Shown here piece after piece: positions 36,836-43,666 of a DNA stretch of 43,666 bases. Under the pieces are notes generated by a model. The model was not told where the DNA came from. It saw only the letters and a program-made list of their open reading frames with translations, and did not search any database. Source of the stretch: Phoronis australis (taxonomy: Eukaryota > Animalia > Phoronida); NCBI GenBank assembly GCA_002633005.1, contig NMRA01000237.1, positions 576,559 through 620,224 on the forward strand, in the 5' to 3' direction. A program made the translations under genes and the position numbers. Positions within the stretch are counted from its first letter, which is position 1, and each line of letters starts with the position of its first letter.

Positions 36836-39800
36836 CCGGCCTCAAAATGCGAATTCAACTATAAGCATTTCTAAAAACCTAAACCTAAACGGATGATTCA
36901 AGCAGACAAAGCTTGCTAATAGGTCTTACCAAGACAGAACCAGCAGTCTTAACTCGGACAGTTCTAACGAGACCCTCCTTATCATGAAATGTCTCCGGTA
37001 CTCGACCTAGTTTCCAACAATTGCGAGGTAAACTCTCATCCGCAACAATTAAAACATCACCTACATTTAAATTTTATTTAATACCAAGTCATTTCTTACG
37101 AATCTGCAGAGTAGGAAAATATTCCTTCAACCATCTGTGCCAAAACTGATAGCACGCAAACTGCACACTACACCACCTAGACGGAACAAATCCTTCGCGT
37201 TAAAATTACCTGGAGGGACTACAAAACCCTTAGACAGGTGCAGAAAATCATTAGGAGTTAGAGAATTCAAATCGTTCGGATTGTCAAACGTCACAGTTAA
37301 AGGTCTACTATTGACAGTGTTCTCGACGTCACAAAACACAGTATCCAGTCGTTCGTCGTCGAGGACCTGATTACGAAGCAGCACAATCAACACGTTCCGC
37401 ACTGAACGAATTTGGCGCTCCCACACTCTTCCCATGTGCAAGGCCAACAGGGGTTAAACTTCCATTCTATCTGACGAATCAACATGCTGTCTTGACACTG
37501 CTGACTTTCATTCCACTGGTGGATCGACTCACGAATCTCCTTTTGACCGCCAACGAAATTGGTGTCATTGTCCGAACGCAGCTTCTTGGGTACACCTCGC
37601 CTGGAAATAAATCTCATGAGGGCATTAATAAATGAGTCAGTGTCTAACAAATTCAGCTTCTCAATATACATGGCTCTAGACGTGAGACAAGTAAACAAAC
37701 AACCGTAGCGCTTTTCTCTACTCCGGCCCCTTTGACCATAAAGGGCCCAAAGCAATCCACACCAGAGTGAGAAAAAGCGGGGTCACCTGAAGACACCCTA
37801 TCAACCGGTAAGTCGGCCATACGCTGAGTCAGTAAACCGCCCTTTGATCTTCTGCATGTAACACATCCTCGAAGCTGACGATTAATTAAAACTCTAACTC
37901 TAGGGATCCAGAAATGAGACCGTATGGATGATATAACGTGTTCCCGGCCAGAATGTTGCGTGACGAACTGGTGAACATGCCTCACAGTCAACGAAGCGAC
38001 GTGGCAGTCCCTGGGTACAATAATGGGGTGCCTCGAATCATCCGAAAAGCAAGCCTTTCCCAACCTACCGTACACCTTTAAAAGACAATCCGACGAATCT
38101 ACGAAAGGTTCTAGACTCCAAATAGGGCTGGATTTTCTAACCTTCAACCTGGACTTCCATCTCTGAATTTCAGGCGCATAATGCTGAGCTTAGACATCTC
38201 TCAAGATAGCTGTCTCTACCGAACTCACCTCACTTGCAGCCAAACGTCCAGTTGGACATGTTTGTTTATTCCGAACCCATAGAACAAACCGCTGCAGCCA
38301 CGCAACAGCCTTACGCAGACGAAACCAACTAGAATACCTGCCACATAATTCATTGGAATCCCATTTACTACTCGTGACGCAAACAAAAGACTTATCTTCT
38401 TTGATCTCCAGGTCCTGGGCAAGCATAAATCTCGTATTCGGCCACCAAGACTCATCTTGAAGCAAAAACGCAGGCCCTCTCCTCCACATGACAGATTCTC
38501 TAACGCCGTCGTACCGCGTGATATCAGATCAGCTGGGTTGGACTTGGTGTCGACGTGTCTCCACTCTGACGGACGACTCTCGTTGAGAATAATCGCCACT
38601 GGTAACAAACAGATGCAGGCGCTTGGACATCTAATATAGCTGAGAACAACCGAGCTGTCTGTAGCAAATCATCATTACACGTCTTACTAAAGGAGTGGGC
38701 AAGCTCGTCAGTACGTTCACTGGAGTGGGGTCCATTAATAGTCCAACCCAACATATCGTGCGTATAGCATACGGCTGCATTTTCTCGCCACGTCTCACTT
38801 CCAGCGGGATCAAGAGATCTGAAAAATTCTGATCAATAATAACATCAACCTGGTCACCATGCAAGCTGACGTTGACTCCTTGAAGGTGTTCAAAGGCACG
38901 AAGCTCCCTTGTTGGATGACATCATTCCGGATCTCTGGAAAATCATGTAAAACGTACACATCCGGGAGATCAATGGTATTGCGTTTACGACAGGTTGAAG
39001 GATTTATATGCAATCTAACCTTATGCACAACTTTAGTAGACAAGCCATTCAGAGTTTCCAAATTCAAACTTTCAGTAACATCAGTTACACACTTAAGCTT
39101 CTCTACCAGAAGCAAAATGTTTTGTTACTGCCTGGATCTAACCAGTTCTAAGGTAACTATCACCTGAGCTAACCTGTGCTGAAATGATAGGCATAACTTT
39201 TTTAGGCGAGTCCGTGGTCGCCGCACATGCACTCACATCAGCACTAGACTGTTTGTCAACATCAGAGTCAGAACGGGAAAACACGTCATGTAAAAGTTTT
39301 GAATGTTTCAAACCACAGTATGGACATCCAGTTTTACTACACTTTGCTTACTAAATTTCAAGCAATTGAAGCACAACTTGTTGGCCTTGATAACTTTCAT
39401 TCTTTCACTTGGTGACAACGATAGGAAATTCCGGCAATCACTAACCTTGTGAGAGTCTTTGCATAGCCAACAACAAGGGGGCTTGGTTTCGGTAGAGAAT
39501 GGCGAAACTTTCCTTTTCTCATTCACAAATTTAGCACCAGCCTGGCCAAAAACGGGGTCACAAATCTCACAACTGACAGTTTCCAGAAACGAAAGGAACT
39601 CAACAAAACGTGGATAATCACCATACAGTTGCTTTGAGCGAACAGCTTCTTTACGCCATCGTGTTTGCAGATGACGGGGCAAACGCGCGAAAACCTTTGA
39701 TATGCGTTCTTGCGTGTTGACGTCATCGAGCCTATTGAGAACTCTCTAAGTTTCTGTGCACGACCTCACATCATCTGTCAAATTTAACAGCGCTTCAGAA

Positions 39801-39930
39801 TCGTTAAATTTGACTACAGGTCCGTCACAGATCTTTGAGATCCAGCTTTTTGTAATAACAAAACTGTCTCCAAAACGAGTTTTTAACAAGTTACGAGCAC
39901 GCCGATAGCCGTCATGCACAAGGACGTACT
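36363..39930 (-). mobile_element. BEL/Pao LTR retrotransposon, decayed, RT deleted
   Basis: Gag (GYRRARNLLKTRFG; CWLCKDSHKVSDC; CFNCL), protease LDPGS, LGWTINGP, RNase H end (TDSSVVLSYI; WRHVDTKSNPADLISRG), integrase HHCC, GVDCFGPF, FTCLTSRA, SDNDTNF, WERQIRSV, NSRPLT, RPISKLCLLE*. Many frameshifts. Confidence 0.95.
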
Positions 39931-40257
39931 CAGGCCCGTAGGAAGGTAAAAATTATTGGAGGGGCACCGACCCTGGTCGATACGTAACTTCTAATTTCGA
40001 AACCACTACGTTGCACTGGGGTGTATATATCGACGCTGTAAAATGAACTACTGCAACCAATAGGTACGTTTTGAATTATATGAAAAAATATGTCTACTAA
40101 TAATAAGGTGTGTAACAGATGCTGTACTTTTAGAGTTAATTTTTTGTTAAGATTGACTGGAAATTTTTGGAGCAACATACATGCCGCTCATACGATTACT
40201 CTTGCTGAACAGTAAGAATGAAGGTGTGAAATAATTATAAATGTTTTTATTTACTCT

Positions 40258-42195
40258 TCAACATAAATCAGTGGACGTTGCCCTGCTGCACACAGGAACT
40301 CGGGCTGCAGCTAAGTCTAACGTGGTAAAAACCCCGAGTTGTGCCTTTCGCATTTCACTTCCTCGTACAAAATCGTTTGCCACATCCACCAAATTTAGCT
40401 TATCGCACATGTCTTTGTGAACATGGAGCAACATTAAATGGTTCAACCTCCCCTGTCCCATTGTGGAACGTAAATATGACTTAACACGCCTAAGAGCACT
40501 AAATGCTCGTTCGCTACTGGCATTTGTTGCAGGCATCACTAACAGCAAGTTTGCTAGTTTAATTACATTTTCGATCAAGTGTTTTTGACCGGCTGATAAT
40601 TTCTGCAAATGATCCACAACACGAGACAATGTTACCTCTTGACTACCATCCTGTGCATAATTGGCCCCAAACGTAGCCAGGTGACAGCGCAGTGTTGAAT
40701 CAAAATCATCTTCATAAAAACTGATAACATCTTGGTATTCATTTTCAAAGTTTTCCCCTTTTGCCGCCTTGAGTATCAGCTCCTCACACTGCATATAAAT
40801 TTTGTAATCTTCTTGATCAAACCTGTCCCGTATTGATGCAATGATATTGTCAAGAGCTTCAAAATAAATTCTTCTATAATAATCTTCTGGACTCGAAGAA
40901 AACTCCGGAGGCGCATTTCCTGTTTCGTATCTAGCGGGTTTTCTATTGCGTCTAGGGAGACCAGGATCTTTGACGTGATGATCCTTTGCACAAGCTAGGA
41001 CTTCATCCCAGAAGTTTTTAAATTCTCTGTCGTTTCTCATCCGTTCTAATGTAGTAAGGGTCATTTTGGCAATCTTTTGAGCCTCAGCCGCGGACATCTG
41101 AACGCTTTGTAAAGTTGTACTCAGATTGTCAGCATGCACCAACAGGCGCTCTGAAAGTACTAAACCGTAAAAGAAACTAAACTGTGTCATGTGAGACTGA
41201 ATTCCACGTATCCGCGCTTTCATTTCTGAATCATTGCAATTTTGGACTCCCCAGGACCAGAGTTCCTGTAAACAATCATAGTTACCTATCACACGATTCA
41301 GAGCGTCAGCCTTCACGGTCCATCTCGTTGGACACAGTTGCCGAATATTACCCACTTCTCTGTCGTCAAGCAACGCATCTCGTATTTTATTCAACTGTGC
41401 GTCACGTTTGGGAGATTTTTTTATCAGTTTGGTAATTTCGTACGTGGTGTCTAAAGCATCTGCCATCAGCTTGCATCGTTTGATACTATCTGAGCAGGCA
41501 AGATTCAACGCGTGGCCATAACAATGTGTGTACAGGGCGCGATGTTCTTCCTGTTTAATGTTGACAACGACTCCATTTTTGGACCCACTCATTGTGCTGC
41601 AACCATCATAGCATTGACCACGACATCTGCTTAAAGACAAGTTCATCCGCAACAGTGTGTCTTTTAGAAGTGACGTAATTGTTTGGGCATCCATCAATTC
41701 CAAGCGGCGAAATCCGATGAAATCTTCATGGGGTTGTAATGATTCGTCTACCCATCGGATACAAACGACGAGTTGTTCGCTATTAGACACGTCAGTAGTT
41801 TCGTCTGCCAGTATACTAAAATAAGGACTGCCGCGAATGCACGACGCTATTTCTCGGAGAACTTTTAAAGCCATCAGTTTGATCGCTTCATTTTGAATAT
41901 CTGGAGACGTATATTTATTTGTTTTCTGCGACAACCATGATTTCAAAATATCTGTCTCTGTTTCTTTTAGATGGAGTAGTTGAATAAAATTGGAATCTTG
42001 TTCATCTCCGTCACCCCTAAACGGTATACCTTGTCTTGCCAAAAAACGTATGTTTGTTAATATTTTCAGGAGCATTCTGCGGTTTTTCGCTTTTTGCTCT
42101 CCGTGGGCTGTTGACAGTTGTTCCGCAACATCTTTGACAGACAACTTCACTATCAGTGTGCGTTCCATTGCTTCTTTATGTGGCGACTTTTGCAT
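40258..42195 (-). CDS. hAT-family transposase (DUF4371 + hAT dimerisation domain; ZMYM1/THAP12-like), probably the last exon
   Basis: 645-aa uninterrupted ORF with FLARQGIPFRG, ADETTD, GQCYDG, HCYGHALNL, CPTRW, SERAFSALRRVKSYLRSTMGQGRLNHL. Acceptor-like tttgattag lies 5 nt upstream of the ATG. Confidence 0.95.
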   Translation of the reverse strand: MQKSPHKEAMERTLIVKLSVKDVAEQLSTAHGEQKAKNRRMLLKILTNIRFLARQGIPFRGDGDEQDSNFIQLLHLKETETDILKSWLSQKTNKYTSPDIQNEAIKLMALKVLREIASCIRGSPYFSILADETTDVSNSEQLVVCIRWVDESLQPHEDFIGFRRLELMDAQTITSLLKDTLLRMNLSLSRCRGQCYDGCSTMSGSKNGVVVNIKQEEHRALYTHCYGHALNLACSDSIKRCKLMADALDTTYEITKLIKKSPKRDAQLNKIRDALLDDREVGNIRQLCPTRWTVKADALNRVIGNYDCLQELWSWGVQNCNDSEMKARIRGIQSHMTQFSFFYGLVLSERLLVHADNLSTTLQSVQMSAAEAQKIAKMTLTTLERMRNDREFKNFWDEVLACAKDHHVKDPGLPRRNRKPARYETGNAPPEFSSSPEDYYRRIYFEALDNIIASIRDRFDQEDYKIYMQCEELILKAAKGENFENEYQDVISFYEDDFDSTLRCHLATFGANYAQDGSQEVTLSRVVDHLQKLSAGQKHLIENVIKLANLLLVMPATNASSERAFSALRRVKSYLRSTMGQGRLNHLMLLHVHKDMCDKLNLVDVANDFVRGSEMRKAQLGVFTTLDLAAARVPVCSRATSTDLC

Positions 42196-42488
42196 GAGGG
42201 CTAATCAAAATAGTGCTTCAGATTTTTATGAAAACGTTTTAAAGTTGCATAAAACGAAAACGAAACGATATTTTAGAAAATTGTAACAGCATTTTTGAGA
42301 TTTTATCTTAAACAATTATACTACACGAAATTTGCGCATGGTATTGACGCCGTTGTTTTGTTTGATTAACAGAATGTACCTTATTAATTTGCTAAATTTT
42401 CCTATAAGTTAATGTCAAGCAACCTATTTAGTTGCGGACTGGTATGAAATCAAAAATCAAATTCTACGGAATTACTGCTTTCCAAAAA

Positions 42489-42730
42489 TATACTTTTGCT
42501 GGGCTAAGTTGTATACAATTTAGTATATATGCATTTGGCTAAATATACAGGCATGACGAGAAGGTGCTACATAACCTTAGTAAGGCGCGATGTGTTAATG
42601 TAAAAACTATATACTTTTGCTGGGCTAAGTTGTATACAATTTAGTATATATGTATTTGGCTAAATATACAGGCATGACGAGAAGGCGTTACATAACCTTA
42701 GTAAGGCGCGATGTGTTAATGTAAAAACTA
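42489..42730. repeat. 121-bp tandem duplication (2 copies)
   Basis: TATACTTTTGCTGGGCTAAG...GTAAAAACTA at 42489 and 42610, differing at about 3 positions. Confidence 0.95.
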
Positions 42731-43666
42731 ATTTTGTATTTTTAGGCTGTTGTGATAATTTGCATAGGCTATTTACTTCGTAGTTTCTGTTAAACATGCA
42801 ATCCGCTAATGGGCGTCATTTTGCTTCTCCAAATTGAACTTTGGTTCATTTGACATTTAGTAGTACAGCAAAGCCTATAACATATTTTTTAACGTACATT
42901 TATTTATTTTACTTTTTGGGTATGAAAGAAGGAATTCTGTGTTTAGTATTCTTATGTTTCACTGAGCTACTACTCGCGTTTCATAAGGAAGTGAAATACG
43001 TTTCTGATTTCCCCGTTATAATGCGACACTATCATATGGGACTTTCTAAAGTATTTCACAAATTCTATTTTGTCATTGTACTACAGCCACTGTTGAATGC
43101 TATCCGGAAATATGGTGAACAAACAAAATTTGAGACCAAAATGCAAAAGGTGCACGTGTATTATCACCGTGGTCAAATCAATAACTGCTTCCTGTGCAAA
43201 CGGTCAAATCTACGGTCTTCCAGCATAGGAGTTGAGTTAACGTAGTTAATGTTAAATACATGCACTTTATGCATGAATACCACAGTTGGAGAAAGTAGTC
43301 TGCCCTATAGATAAACTGTGGGTCGTTGACCCCTTTTTCAATTTTTCACTCCCAGATCTTTGGAAATTTCATTGAAAATATTTAAACTCTTTAATTTTAG
43401 AGAATGAGCGTTAATACTATAAGTTTTTCGTCATTATACAAGTTATTGTCACACAAGTTGAGATATATCTCTATTCATCACCATTTAAAACAGGGTACAC
43501 GTTTGAATTAGCCGATACCTCAAAACCCAGGCATTTCTACCATAATAGCCAATGACTTCTATTTTAGCAACGGGTAATTCATTACATTTTAAGACATACC
43601 GTGTGATTTGTCGTTTACATTCAGCAAAAACACGATCAGAAAACAAACACTATGAGCCAAAATCGA

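Larger units (their letters stand above)
39931..43666 (-). mobile_element. hAT transposon inserted in BEL gag; other end outside the window
   Basis: The gag frame stops abruptly at the hAT-type terminus CAGGCCCGTAGGAAG (39931), ~330 bp downstream of the transposase stop. No matching inverted terminus was found within the window. Confidence 0.75.

Noticed and set aside
40258-42195. Host ZMYM1 or THAP12 orthologue
   Set aside because: A TIR-like end and insertion into BEL gag indicate a transposon, so no gene symbol was given.
871-43245. Most 60-180 aa ORFs in the track (e.g. 22293-22712, 33091-33471, 35458-35991, 42841-43245)
   Set aside because: No recognisable motifs; they are antisense shadows, microsatellite translations or chance frames in AT-rich DNA.

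Overview
This is AT-rich, intron-containing animal DNA, most likely from an invertebrate. I saw no prokaryotic operons, rRNA or CRISPR arrays. The main host feature is a minus-strand spliced gene that the ORF track largely misses. Its exons are a signal peptide (30015-30096), kringle 1 (20722-20958), kringle 2 (14316-14549) and a Ser/Thr-rich stalk plus a PAN/apple-like Cys module (10192-10533), all joined by phase-1 GT-AG introns, with a tentative last exon at 1781-1839. No protease domain is visible. The introns and flanks are packed with mobile elements: a decayed Sola-type transposase, two ~97% identical inverted Harbinger-type MITEs bracketing both kringle exons, hAT elements with 5-bp TSDs, a LINE fragment, an Academ-type element, pogo-type MITEs and THAP remnants. 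Upstream of the gene lie a decayed Kv-channel-like pseudogene and a BEL/Pao retrotransposon lacking RT. The BEL gag is interrupted by a hAT element with an intact 645-aa transposase frame. I found no proven new system. The most intriguing hypothesis is MITE-driven in-frame skipping or back-splicing of a 471-nt, stop-free two-kringle cassette. All calls come from reading motifs by eye; no searches were run.
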